In this document: piece after piece, positions 18,997 through 27,929 of the stretch | Layout: each line of letters opens with the position of its first letter | How positions within the stretch are numbered: position 1 is the stretch's first letter | Assembly (NCBI GenBank): GCA_964540145.1 | Contig: CAZILS010000001.1 | Coordinates: 277,540 to 341,539 of the forward strand | Reading direction: 5' to 3' | DNA: 64,000 nt | Origin: an uncultured archaeon | GTDB taxonomy: Archaea > Iainarchaeota > Iainarchaeia > Iainarchaeales > CAZILS01 | Program-made: the position numbers and the translations under genes | The notes under the pieces: generated by a model | Seen by the model: the letters and a program-made list of their open reading frames with translations, nothing else | What the model was told of the DNA's origin: nothing | Databases searched by the model: none

Positions 18997-20157
18997 CTAG
19001 AGAACCTTATCGAGCTTCCCCAGAACCGTTTTTAGCTCCGCCTCTCCGATTGTGAGCGGGGGCAAAAGCCGTATTACTTCTGGACCTGCCTGCAAAACAA
19101 AAATCCCTTCCTTCATAAGCTTCTCTATGTAGGGTTCCGCTTTCCCATAAAGCTCTATCCCAATCATCAAACCCAAACCGCGCACTTCTTTGATAACTTT
19201 CTTCTCCTTCGCAAGCTTCTCCAGGCCCTGCATAAGCATCTTCCCTTTCTCCTCCACGGCCTTAACCAGCTTCTTCTTCTCAAGGAAATTAATCGCGGCA
19301 AGCGATGCGGCGCACGCCAAGGGATTCCCCCCAAACGTTGTCCCGTGCGATGCCTTAGGGAGCTCTTTCGCAATCCCCTCCTTGAGCAGGGTTGCCCCCA
19401 CCGGAAAGCCGTTGCCCATGGACTTGGCCAGGCAAAGTATGTCCGGCTCTACCCCGAAGTGCTCGAGCGCAAACATCTTCCCCGTTCTCCCAAAACCGGT
19501 CTGTATCTCATCCACTATAAGCAAGGCCCCTGTCTCGTTGCACACCCTTTGGGCGGTTTCCAAGAATTCCCTATTCGCAACGCGCACTCCCCCCTCTCCC
19601 TGCACAACCTCGATTATCAGGGCCGCTGTTTTCCCCGTAACCTTTTCTTCCAGTGCCATCGCATCGTTGAAGGGAACATGCTCAACGCCAGGAACCAAAG
19701 GTTCAAAATACTCCCTATACTCCTTCTTCCACGTTGCACTCAATGCCCCCATCGTCCGCCCATGGAAACCCATCTCCGCAGCAACTACCCCGCTCCGTTT
19801 TGTTGCGGCCTTCGCAAATTTCAGCGCAGCCTCAACACTTTCAGTCCCTGAATTGCAGAGGAAAACCTTATTCAGCTTCTTAGGCGCGAGCTTAACCAGC
19901 TTCTCCATCAGCTTCGCACGCTTGTCATTATACCATATCTCGTTGCAGGCAATTATTTTCTTCGCCTGTGCGCATATCGCCTTCCCCACTTCCGGGTTTG
20001 AATGGCCCATGTTTGCGGTCCCATAGGCGGCTGTGCAGTCCAAATACTTCTTGCCCTTCTCGTCGTACATATAGGAGCCTTTACCCCTCACTATCGCTAT
20101 GGGCCTTTTCGAGTAAATGCCTGTTGTAAGTTTCCCTTCCGCCTTTTTTATGTCCAT
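18997..20157 (-). CDS. Class III PLP aminotransferase (acetylornithine / LysW-lysine aminotransferase type, ArgD/LysJ)
   Basis: GTESVEAALK, DEIQTGFGRTGKMFA and LAKSMGNGFP (PLP lysine) motifs. Confidence 0.85.
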   Translation of the reverse strand: MDIKKAEGKLTTGIYSKRPIAIVRGKGSYMYDEKGKKYLDCTAAYGTANMGHSNPEVGKAICAQAKKIIACNEIWYNDKRAKLMEKLVKLAPKKLNKVFLCNSGTESVEAALKFAKAATKRSGVVAAEMGFHGRTMGALSATWKKEYREYFEPLVPGVEHVPFNDAMALEEKVTGKTAALIIEVVQGEGGVRVANREFLETAQRVCNETGALLIVDEIQTGFGRTGKMFALEHFGVEPDILCLAKSMGNGFPVGATLLKEGIAKELPKASHGTTFGGNPLACAASLAAINFLEKKKLVKAVEEKGKMLMQGLEKLAKEKKVIKEVRGLGLMIGIELYGKAEPYIEKLMKEGIFVLQAGPEVIRLLPPLTIGEAELKTVLGKLDKVL

Positions 20158-20196
20158 GGAAGTAATTAGCGCTTAAGTGGTATTTAAATCTCCCAC

Positions 20197-20886
20197 CTAC
20201 CAAAGGTCGGCAAGCGGCATGAAAACGAATTTGCCTTTTTCCACCCCTACAAACAGCAGGTTGCCGAACCCGAACCTTGACGCCGAAGAGGCGGCATTGG
20301 CGGCGGTGAGATATCCCTCAAGGGTGAATTTGTGCCTGCGCATCATCTTCTCCAGGTGTTTCCTGCCCCTTTCCGTCGGCATCCATTCTTCCAGGGTTTC
20401 CTCAACCGAAGGAAAGTCCACCTTTGGCATTGCGATAAGGTCCCCGGCAATGGCCTCCGCAGGCAGCTCCCTCAGGACAAAAGGGCGGCCTTTCTCCGGC
20501 CTGCCGAATTTCTTAATCCTGTCGCGGATGATTTCAATAATTTTTTCCGCCTTTTTTTTGTCGTTGTCGGAAATCGAGCCTGTGCCGCCATGAATCCTTT
20601 TAATCACAAGTTCCGTTTCCGGGAACGACCTCTTGGCATTAAGCTTCCTTATCCTGAATGTCGGCATTTCGGTTATGTTGCCGGTTGTGAAACGCTCGTC
20701 CCCGAACCACCAAACCCTTTCCCGCCCCTCCCTGCCCTCATAGGCGGCCGGGGCCCTGTGGTCGGCATTCTCCATTTTCGCAAGCAGCCTGTATCCCCTG
20801 TCCAGGTTCCCCTTCCTCTCCTGTTCCTTTTTCGCAAGCCGCCTGAGCCTCTCGACAAGCCTCCTCGGCAGGGGTTTAGGCATCAT
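20197..20886 (-). CDS. Hypothetical protein
   Basis: ORF 20197..21024. I trimmed it to ATG 20886 (MMPKPLP...) because the longer form overlaps the lysA start. No family recognised. Confidence 0.45.
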   Translation of the reverse strand: MMPKPLPRRLVERLRRLAKKEQERKGNLDRGYRLLAKMENADHRAPAAYEGREGRERVWWFGDERFTTGNITEMPTFRIRKLNAKRSFPETELVIKRIHGGTGSISDNDKKKAEKIIEIIRDRIKKFGRPEKGRPFVLRELPAEAIAGDLIAMPKVDFPSVEETLEEWMPTERGRKHLEKMMRRHKFTLEGYLTAANAASSASRFGFGNLLFVGVEKGKFVFMPLADLW

Positions 20887-20950
20887 GGCAATAAAAGCGC
20901 GCAGGTAATATTTAAAATATCGTATAAACACATTCTGTTGGGCTTTTTGA

Positions 20951-22189
20951 ATGTGGTTTGAGCGCGAGGGAAACCTGGAAGTGAGGGGGAACAGGCTGTT
21001 TTTTGGAGGTCTCGAGGCGGGCAAAATTGCGGAGAATTATGGAACCCCTATTTACGTTTACAATCTCGATGAGGTTAGCGCAAATTACAAAAAGATTTCC
21101 AATGCATTCAAGGAAGCCGGAAAAACAGCCCGCATCCACTATGCGATGAAGGCAAACCCAAATACAGATATCCTGCGCACATTGCTAAAGGAAGGCGCCT
21201 ACATTGATGCTGTCTCCCCGCAGGAAGTGAAGCATGCGATTTCTGCCGGTTTTCCCAAGGAAAAAATACTCTTCACAGGCACCTCGGTAAGCAACACAGA
21301 CCTTCTCCGCCTTGCCGGCACAGGCGTAACTATAAACGTAGATTCCTTCTCGCAGATGAGAAGGCTCGCCAAGATGAAGGTTCCGAACAAAAAGATTTCC
21401 ATCCGATGGAACCCCAGCGAAGGCGCAGGCCTGCACGAGCACGTTATCACCGCAGGCAAATACATCAAGTTCGGCATCCCCGAGAAGATGATACTGATGG
21501 CTGTGCAGGAGGCAAGGGCGCTCGGCTTTGAGGTTATAGGTCTGCACCAGCACATTGGCAGCGGCTGGCTGGGAAAAGACGTTGACACATTCCTCAAGAC
21601 AGTTTCAAAAACCCTTGAAATTGCGAAAAAGGCGGAGGAGCTCCTCGGAAAAAAACTTGAGTTTGTAGATTTCGGCGGCGGCCCGGGAATCCGGTACTGC
21701 GGCAGTGACAGGGAATTTCCCTTCGAGAAGTACGCGAAGGGCATCGTTTCAGCCTATAAGAAATCCGGCCTTAAGTGCGAAATCGCAGTCGAGCCCGGCA
21801 GGAGCATTGTGGGCAATGCAGGCATCCTCCTTGCGCAGGTAAATACTGTCGAGGAGAAGAACGTTCCTGTTATCGGGGTTGATGCGGGCTTCAACGACCT
21901 TGTAAGGCCGGCAATGTACTCTTCCTTCCATGAGATAGTCGTCTGCGAAAATGTAGGGGGCAAGGAAAGGAAGAAGTTCCTGGTTGCCGGAAATTTGTGC
22001 GAATCTGGAGATGTGTTCAACACCTCAAAGAAGGAATTGAGGGAACTTCCCTTGCCGAAAGAGGGAGACCACATAGCAATCTTGTCGGCAGGCGCTTACG
22101 GCTACTCGATGGCCTCCACTTACAACATGCGCCCTTTGCCGAACGAAGTAGTAATTTCGAAGGGAAAGGCGCGGCTTTCAAAGGGATAA
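20951..22189 (+). CDS. lysA: Diaminopimelate decarboxylase (group IV PLP decarboxylase)
   Basis: YAMKANPN (PLP lysine), HIGSG, GGGPGIRY, EPGRSIVG and CESGD motifs. Confidence 0.85.
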   Translation: MWFEREGNLEVRGNRLFFGGLEAGKIAENYGTPIYVYNLDEVSANYKKISNAFKEAGKTARIHYAMKANPNTDILRTLLKEGAYIDAVSPQEVKHAISAGFPKEKILFTGTSVSNTDLLRLAGTGVTINVDSFSQMRRLAKMKVPNKKISIRWNPSEGAGLHEHVITAGKYIKFGIPEKMILMAVQEARALGFEVIGLHQHIGSGWLGKDVDTFLKTVSKTLEIAKKAEELLGKKLEFVDFGGGPGIRYCGSDREFPFEKYAKGIVSAYKKSGLKCEIAVEPGRSIVGNAGILLAQVNTVEEKNVPVIGVDAGFNDLVRPAMYSSFHEIVVCENVGGKERKKFLVAGNLCESGDVFNTSKKELRELPLPKEGDHIAILSAGAYGYSMASTYNMRPLPNEVVISKGKARLSKG

Positions 22190-22229
22190 TTTCCTTTCCC
22201 GGCGATTATCCTGCCGGGGCCTTTTTGTA

Positions 22230-22643
22230 TCATTTTCTTGCCATGCTTCTTTCCGGCCTCTGCCCACGGCGCCCTGCGCCAATTCCGCCGCGGTTGCGCC
22301 CTCTTCCTCGGCCTATCCCGCCGCCGCGCCCTGCCGCAGCCCCAGTAGCGCCGTAAAACTCGTAATTTCCCCCTTCCACCCTGATTGCCTTCCCGTTCAC
22401 AATCGCATCCGCAAGGGTTTCTCTCGCCTTTTCAAGCAGCCTGTGCAGCGTCGGCTGGCTAACGCCCATTTGCTCTGCCGCCTCGCTCTGCCCCAATTTC
22501 TCCAAATCGCAGAGCCTTACCGCCTCAAGGCCCTCTAAGTTTAAGACAGCCTCCCCAAGCCCGGCAAGCGGCAGGCCTGCGGGCTTGAAGTAGGTTGTTT
22601 GCGGGCTGAATGAAACCCGCCTTGGTATGGCAGGCCTTGGCAT
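22230..22643 (-). CDS. DUF134 (UPF0251) putative HTH DNA-binding protein with Gly/Arg-rich tail
   Basis: RRVSFSPQTTYFKPAGLPL...EAVRLCDLEKLGQSEAAEQMGVSQPTLHRLLEKAR...GKAIRVEGG matches the DUF134 pattern. Confidence 0.8.
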   Translation of the reverse strand: MPRPAIPRRVSFSPQTTYFKPAGLPLAGLGEAVLNLEGLEAVRLCDLEKLGQSEAAEQMGVSQPTLHRLLEKARETLADAIVNGKAIRVEGGNYEFYGATGAAAGRGGGIGRGRGRNRGGIGAGRRGQRPERSMARK

Positions 22644-22870
22644 TATTCCTTCTCCAGTTCCTGAATTTCCCTTTCAATTGCCTCTTTCTCAGCCCTGAGA
22701 ACCCTGATTCGTTCCTCTTTTGGCCGGCCTGCGGCGTACGCAAACCTTCCGCGGCGGATTCCGCGCCCTGCGTCAAATCCCGCGGCGCCTCTCGCGCCCC
22801 TTCCGCACGGTCCCATTCCTCTTCCTAGCGGGCCTGTTCCGTAAGGCCCTGTCCCGTCAAATCCCGGCAT
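22643..22870 (-). CDS. DUF5320-like small protein (Gly-rich N-terminus plus coiled coil)
   Basis: ORF 22643..23020, trimmed to ATG 22870. Sequence MPGFDGTGPYGTGPLGRGMGPCGRG...LRAEKEAIEREIQELEKE. The stop and start codons are shared with the DUF134 gene. Confidence 0.65.
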   Translation of the reverse strand: MPGFDGTGPYGTGPLGRGMGPCGRGARGAAGFDAGRGIRRGRFAYAAGRPKEERIRVLRAEKEAIEREIQELEKE

Positions 22871-23061
22871 ATTTACCGCCTCCTTAATCCTTTTTACAGC
22901 CGCCCCTTCCGTGGCCCGCACCTTTTCCCTTGCGGCCCATCTCGTGCATGCGGCTTCCTTTTCTCGGTCCTGTTCCGTCCATATTCGGCATGTTATCATC
23001 TCCCTGTGGCTTTGCCACAATATGTCGCCTATAATGAATATATATTCATAATAATATTTAA

Positions 23062-23826
23062 ATGTTCGCTTTCCCTTATTTTCGCATGGAGCCCTATCTC
23101 GGGAGAACAGGACGATATTGGGAACTTGATTTTATTAGGGGGCTTGCGGTCATAGCAATGGCCCTCTTCCACCTCCTCTTTGACCTCAACTATTTTGCGG
23201 GGCAGTCCTTCAGCCTTGACTCCGGCATCTGGTTCTTCGTGGGGAGGTTTTCGGGCACAGCATTCATCTTCCTTGCAGGGGTTTCTCTAACCCTGAGCTA
23301 TTCCCGAGTTTCGGGTCTTTCCCAAAAACAAATCAACTCCGGTTTCCTAAGGAGGGGACTGAAAATATTCCTCTATGGGATGGCGATAACAGTTTTCACC
23401 CTCCTCGCTTTCCCGCAGGAGACAATCCTTTTCGGGGTTCTCCACCTCATAGGCCTATCGATAATCCTCTCGGCGCCCTTTCTGAAACTCCGGGGGAAGG
23501 AGAACCTCTTTCTGGGCACAGTAATTATTGTTCTTGGATTAATCGTTTCAACAATGCGCTTCGGTTTCCCCTGGCTTCTCTGGCTTGGCCTAACCCCCTT
23601 AAACTTCATTACTTTCGATTACTTTCCATTGCTTCCCTGGTTCGGCCTTGTGCTCCTCGGGATATTCTTCGGCAAGTTATTGTATCCGCGGGGAAAAAGA
23701 AAAATTGAAATCGTGGATTTTTCAAAATCTATTTTGGTTAGAGCCGTGTGTTTCATCGGAAGGAATTCCCTGCCAATTTATTTCCTCCACCAGCCGATAA
23801 TTGTGGCAATAATCCTGCTTATTTGA
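23062..23826 (+). CDS. DUF1624 / heparan-alpha-glucosaminide N-acetyltransferase-like membrane protein
   Basis: ELDFIRGLAVIAMALFH N-terminal motif. Multi-TM protein. Confidence 0.65.
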   Translation: MFAFPYFRMEPYLGRTGRYWELDFIRGLAVIAMALFHLLFDLNYFAGQSFSLDSGIWFFVGRFSGTAFIFLAGVSLTLSYSRVSGLSQKQINSGFLRRGLKIFLYGMAITVFTLLAFPQETILFGVLHLIGLSIILSAPFLKLRGKENLFLGTVIIVLGLIVSTMRFGFPWLLWLGLTPLNFITFDYFPLLPWFGLVLLGIFFGKLLYPRGKRKIEIVDFSKSILVRAVCFIGRNSLPIYFLHQPIIVAIILLI

Positions 23827-24673
23827 CGGGGACTTTCGCAAGAACTTCTTTGAGTTCATCTGCCGCCTTTGCCCCTGTTTCAAGAACAGGGGTGAGCAAA
23901 ACAATCGCGTCAACAACCCCCCTGTCATAGCTAATTTTTCCCGCCAGTTTTTCACCGGCAAACTTTTCTATCTTTTCGGAAAACCCGGGGTTGATATCCC
24001 ACCGGTTTATTATTATGCAATAGGGCACCTTGAAATGGTTCACGACCGTAAGCACACGCTTCAGGTCGCTAAGGCCGCTCGGGGTGGGCTCGGTAACAAG
24101 AACCGCGTAATCTGTATTGACCACTGCGGCATTTACCGTGCAGCCTATCCCTGCGGCGGCGTCCAGCACCATAACCTCGTGTTCTCTCCTGTCCGCTTCC
24201 TTCCTAACCTCCGCAACTATCTTCCCGCTGCACCTCTCCCCCGGAAAGAGTTTCCCTGAAATGAGCGGGAAATCCAAATCCTTCTCGTTGGACTGCACAA
24301 GCCCGTTGTAAACCTTCCGCATGTTCACGGTCCCTGCGGCAGGGCATACAATCTTGCACACCTCGCAGCCCTCGCAGAGCAGCCTGTTCACGGCATATTT
24401 CCCCTCTTTTTTCTCGATAGCACCGAACCTGCATTTTTGGAAACACCTCCCGCACGCTATGCACGTTTCCGCATTTATTTCCGCCTTTATGCTCGTCGAA
24501 ACCTTCCTCTCGTTTTCAAAAGTATTCACGCCCAGCCACAGGCCAAGGTTCGCGGCATCAACATCGCAGTCGACCGCAACAACTTTTTTTTCCTTGGACA
24601 GGAGAAGCGCAAGGCTGCTTGCAACCATGCTTTTTCCAACACCCCCCTTGCCCCCGGCAACAACCACCTTCAA
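23819..24673 (-). CDS. MinD/ParA-type P-loop ATPase with inserted 2x[4Fe-4S] ferredoxin domain
   Basis: P-loop GGKGGVGKS. Two ferredoxin motifs, CIACGRCFQKC and CEGCEVCKIVCP. Confidence 0.85.
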   Translation of the reverse strand: MKVVVAGGKGGVGKSMVASSLALLLSKEKKVVAVDCDVDAANLGLWLGVNTFENERKVSTSIKAEINAETCIACGRCFQKCRFGAIEKKEGKYAVNRLLCEGCEVCKIVCPAAGTVNMRKVYNGLVQSNEKDLDFPLISGKLFPGERCSGKIVAEVRKEADRREHEVMVLDAAAGIGCTVNAAVVNTDYAVLVTEPTPSGLSDLKRVLTVVNHFKVPYCIIINRWDINPGFSEKIEKFAGEKLAGKISYDRGVVDAIVLLTPVLETGAKAADELKEVLAKVPVK

Positions 24674-25494
24674 AGCAGCCCCTCCAGCCCTTCCAATTTT
24701 CCCTTGGAGTATGCCTCTATAACTTCCCTGCTATAGGGAATTTCAAACGAAATTTTTGTTTTGTGTTTTTTCGCAAGCCGGTAAATGAGTTTTTTATCCC
24801 CGACAGTGCTCTTGTTCACCACGATTTCCGCCGGCACCCCCATTATCCCAATCAGCTCAAGCATCAGCCCCAAATCATATTCCCCCAAAGGGGTTGGCTC
24901 GGTGACCCCGAAAATTTTTTCAGAACCAACCAATGCGCTTATTACCGAGCAGTGCATTCCCGCGGCGCTGTCAACAATAATGAAATCCGCCCTTTCCCTC
25001 TCCGCAGCCTTGTCTGCAGCAGTCTTTGTTTTTGAAACAACCCGGCTTGTTTCTGCCAGGCCCTCCCTACTTCTCCCGCTAACGAGGAGAATGTTCTTAT
25101 TTATCCTGTTCTCAAAAACCTCCCCGACCATTACCTCTCTTGCGGAGATTGCGCCCTGCGGGCACGCAACAAAACAGGCGCCGCACGCATCGCACAAATT
25201 GTCGAAGAACTCGGGCTGTTTTCCGCTTGCCCAAAATATTGCGTTCCTTGTGCACGCCTTTGCGCACATCCCGCACTTAACGCATTTTCCTTTATCTGCT
25301 TTTGGATAGTCCAGCGTTATTCCCTTTCCGGATTTGAGTTCCTTTCCCAGCAGCAAATGGCAGTTGGGGCATTCGACATCCGCGTCAACCAAAACAACTT
25401 TTTTCCCTTCCTTTGCAAGCTTAAGCGCATAAAGCACGGAGAAAGTGCTCTTTCCCGTTCCCCCCTTGCCCCCTGTCACCGCAATCCTCTTCAC
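24670..25494 (-). CDS. MinD/ParA-type P-loop ATPase with inserted 2x[4Fe-4S] ferredoxin domain (paralogue)
   Basis: P-loop GGKGGTGKS. Ferredoxin motifs CVKCGMCAKAC and CDACGACFVACP. It overlaps its neighbours by 4 nt. Confidence 0.85.
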   Translation of the reverse strand: MKRIAVTGGKGGTGKSTFSVLYALKLAKEGKKVVLVDADVECPNCHLLLGKELKSGKGITLDYPKADKGKCVKCGMCAKACTRNAIFWASGKQPEFFDNLCDACGACFVACPQGAISAREVMVGEVFENRINKNILLVSGRSREGLAETSRVVSKTKTAADKAAERERADFIIVDSAAGMHCSVISALVGSEKIFGVTEPTPLGEYDLGLMLELIGIMGVPAEIVVNKSTVGDKKLIYRLAKKHKTKISFEIPYSREVIEAYSKGKLEGLEGLL

Positions 25495-26258
25495 AGCGAG
25501 GGCCTCCTTTTCCTGGTTTCTTCAATATCAAGCACCTTTACCTCGGGCCTTTCCTTATCGTAGATTGAAATCGCATTAAGGCCCCGTCTCCCGAACTCCC
25601 CTTTGATTTCCATAATCTCCTTCATCCCAAGGGGTTTTTCCCTGCTTGGCCGGTATGGCGTGTTTATCTCCACCTCGTCCGGCATTATATCCATGGCAAG
25701 CTCCGCAATTTCGCCTGCCCTGTCCCTGTTCCTTTCAAGGAACATGCACTGCAGCGCAAACTTTCCCTTAAACCCTTTCCTGAATTTCTTGATTCCCACA
25801 AGGGTGTTTTCAAACGTTATTCCCTTAACAGGAACATTTATCTCTTCAAACAGTTCCTGGTTTGGCGCATCAAGCTTCGCAACAACCTCATCAGCCCCCG
25901 AAAGCTCCCTCCGCACATCCTTCTCCCCCAGAAGGCTTGAGTTTGTCAGAACCGCAATCGGCAAATCAGTTAGGCGCTTCGCAATGCCGATGCACTCCCC
26001 GATGTTTTTTGCGAGGGTGGGCTCCCCGCTCCCGGAAAAGGTCACGATGTCGGCCTCCGCAAGTTTCAGCGCATCCTCAAGGCTTTTTTCCGCCTCCGCA
26101 CTCTCCACAAACAGCCCCCTCTCCGCTGTTTTATTTATGGTTTTCCCAAGCTGGCAATAGGTGCAGTCGAAACTGCATGCCTTCGGCCCGCAGATAAGGT
26201 CAATCCCCAAACTCCTGCCAAGCCTCCAGGATGCAACAGGCCCATAAACTGTTTTCAT
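25491..26258 (-). CDS. Radical SAM protein (small, 255 aa)
   Basis: CSFDCTYC (Cx3Cx2C) follows an N-terminal YGPVASWRLGRSLGIDL motif. A GSGEPTL SAM-binding motif is present. Confidence 0.8.
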   Translation of the reverse strand: MKTVYGPVASWRLGRSLGIDLICGPKACSFDCTYCQLGKTINKTAERGLFVESAEAEKSLEDALKLAEADIVTFSGSGEPTLAKNIGECIGIAKRLTDLPIAVLTNSSLLGEKDVRRELSGADEVVAKLDAPNQELFEEINVPVKGITFENTLVGIKKFRKGFKGKFALQCMFLERNRDRAGEIAELAMDIMPDEVEINTPYRPSREKPLGMKEIMEIKGEFGRRGLNAISIYDKERPEVKVLDIEETRKRRPSL

Positions 26259-26268
26259 CCTTGGCCCC

Positions 26269-26607
26269 CTAATGGGTGTGCTGGCAGACAGGCGCCCCGC
26301 CTTTCAATTCTCCTGAAAGGTATTTAGAGATTACTTTATCCACATCCCCGTCAACACCCGCAACAACCTCTATCCCAAGCTCCCCGAACAAGCCTGCTGC
26401 TCTCGGCCCTATTCCGCAGGTTATTATCCTTTTCACGCCCTTTTCGGAGAGGAATTTTGGGAGGAAAAACGGCTCATGCCCCGGGTTTGGCACCTCTTTC
26501 CTCGCAACCTCCTTGCCGTTATTCTCCTCGAAAATCACGTACTTCTCACAGCGCCCGAAATGCGCGCTTACTTTTTTCCCGTCAACCGAAACCGCGACCT
26601 TCATCAT
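26269..26607 (-). CDS. NifX/NifB-C-terminal-like (dinitrogenase FeMo-cofactor-binding fold) protein
   Basis: MKVAVSVDGKKVSAHFGRCEKYVIFE...GIGPRAAGLFGELGIEVV matches the Nitro_FeMo-Co domain pattern. Confidence 0.8.
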   Translation of the reverse strand: MMKVAVSVDGKKVSAHFGRCEKYVIFEENNGKEVARKEVPNPGHEPFFLPKFLSEKGVKRIITCGIGPRAAGLFGELGIEVVAGVDGDVDKVISKYLSGELKGGAPVCQHTH

Positions 26608-26996
26608 TGCGCCCCCATCGTGCCGGCGGCCTTGCCCCTGCCGAATTCCCCGGGCTCCTTTATTTCCTCAAGCCCGCCCTTCGCAAGTTTCGCAACAGCC
26701 TCCGTTATCTTCATTCCCCCGGCAGAATAAACCTTTATGCCGGCCTTGTCCAGCGGGCCGAATGCATTGGGCCCCATGTTCCCCGTCAAAACCGCCTCAA
26801 CACCCTTTCCCGCAACGGTATTTGCGGCAATCATCCCCGCCCCGCCGGCGGCATTTATTCCCGCATTTTCGACAAATTCGCTTTTTTTTATCTCCCCGTC
26901 CTCAACTTCAAGGATTAGGAAACCGGCACACCTCCCGAAAACAGGGGTAACATTCCCTTCCGGGCTGTCGGAACCTGCGCTTACCGCAACTTTCAT
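26604..26996 (-). CDS. NifX/NifB-C-terminal-like (FeMo-cofactor-binding fold) protein (paralogue)
   Basis: MKVAVSAGSDS...VTPVFGRCAGFLILE...AGGAGMIAANTVAGKGVEAVLTGNMGPNAFGPLDKAGIKV. Confidence 0.8.
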   Translation of the reverse strand: MKVAVSAGSDSPEGNVTPVFGRCAGFLILEVEDGEIKKSEFVENAGINAAGGAGMIAANTVAGKGVEAVLTGNMGPNAFGPLDKAGIKVYSAGGMKITEAVAKLAKGGLEEIKEPGEFGRGKAAGTMGAQ

Positions 26997-27059
26997 AATA
27001 TCGCCTCCGATTAGAATATTGATTAACTTTACATAAAGGTTATGGTTGTTGGATATTTT

Positions 27060-27461
27060 TCAAGCTTGCCATTTTTCCATGCCGAGCCTTTCGATTGCCG
27101 CCTTAGCATCTCCTATCCTGAAAAGGTGGCTTCTGCATTTGCAGTCGGAGCAGCCGAATTTCGGGACAGGCTCTCCAACCTGTCCAAGAATTTGTGCAAT
27201 TTCACATTCTTTTTTCCCCGCCCCTTCCGAGAAATATACTTCCCCCACGGAAACACCGCGGCCGGCAAGCAGATAGTCTATGTGCCAGTGCATTTTCTTG
27301 CCCTTTTTTTTGAGGTGCCTTCCTATCCTCCCCTCCAATGAGTTCATCGCACTGCCCACATAGGCATACATGCCTTCCCTGAATTCAATTTCTCCAAGCG
27401 AGCCTACTTTTACCAACTGCCTTTTTGGCACCCTGGCCAGGAGGACATAGGTTCCCTTCAT
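27060..27461 (-). CDS. DUF123 / GIY-YIG (Uri) superfamily nuclease-like protein
   Basis: GTYVLLARV...GMYAYVGSAMNSLEGRIGRHLKK...HWHIDYLL is typical of the archaeal DUF123 family. Confidence 0.75.
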   Translation of the reverse strand: MKGTYVLLARVPKRQLVKVGSLGEIEFREGMYAYVGSAMNSLEGRIGRHLKKKGKKMHWHIDYLLAGRGVSVGEVYFSEGAGKKECEIAQILGQVGEPVPKFGCSDCKCRSHLFRIGDAKAAIERLGMEKWQA

Positions 27462-27929
27462 TTAAGGGCATCCCCCCTCCAGTTTCCTCTTCAGCCAGCC
27501 GATTTTTTCCGCCTTCTCCCCCCCTGTGAATCCGGGAATACAGGGCTTTATGTCAAGGAGGGGCGTATTGTCAAGCATGTCAACACCGCTTACCTTCAGG
27601 GTGTTTCCCTCTTTCCCAAGGAGCCTTACCTCTGAAACCCCTATCGGGTTGGGCCTCCGGGGCGCCCTTGTGGCAAAAAGCCCCCTCTCCTTTTTATCAA
27701 GGAAAGGCCTTACCTTGAGCCTGAAACCTTCCGACCGGTGGAAGGCATAAATGAGCATTATCCTGGAAAATCCCCCGACATCGTCCAGGCCTTCCGCATA
27801 CTCGGGGAAAACCTCCACCCTGCCTTCCTCATTGGACCTTGAGGGCTGTATCGGGGTTTCCCCCTTTTTTGAGAAAGGGGTGTGTATAATTCCTATCGGT
27901 TTCATCCTGAAGTCCATGTTCCCCCTCAA
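27462..27929 (-). CDS. trmO: tRNA (adenine37-N6)-methyltransferase TrmO/TsaA family
   Basis: PIGIIHTPF...TPIQP...FATRAPRRPNPIGVSEVRLL...VSGVDMLDNTPLLDIKP motifs. Confidence 0.8.
   Translation of the reverse strand: MRGNMDFRMKPIGIIHTPFSKKGETPIQPSRSNEEGRVEVFPEYAEGLDDVGGFSRIMLIYAFHRSEGFRLKVRPFLDKKERGLFATRAPRRPNPIGVSEVRLLGKEGNTLKVSGVDMLDNTPLLDIKPCIPGFTGGEKAEKIGWLKRKLEGGCP

Noticed and set aside
18819-19000. 60-codon basic ORF (MAKPKSPKKKVHLVFQSHPGGEPYLRKK...) in the gap between the ATPase and aminotransferase genes
   Set aside because: It has no recognisable family or convincing ribosome-binding or promoter context, and its 3' end overlaps the aminotransferase stop. The evidence is insufficient to call it a gene, though a small basic protein is possible.
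20887-21024. N-terminal extension of the hypothetical gene 20197..21024
   Set aside because: It overlaps the lysA start on the opposite strand and is low-complexity. The internal MMPKPLP start is more plausible.
25491-26258. Radical SAM gene considered as HydE or HydG maturase for the nearby hydrogenase
   Set aside because: At 255 aa it is far shorter than HydE or HydG. It lacks their C-terminal domains and auxiliary cluster motifs, and it is embedded in the NifX/MinD-ferredoxin cluster 15 kb from hydA.
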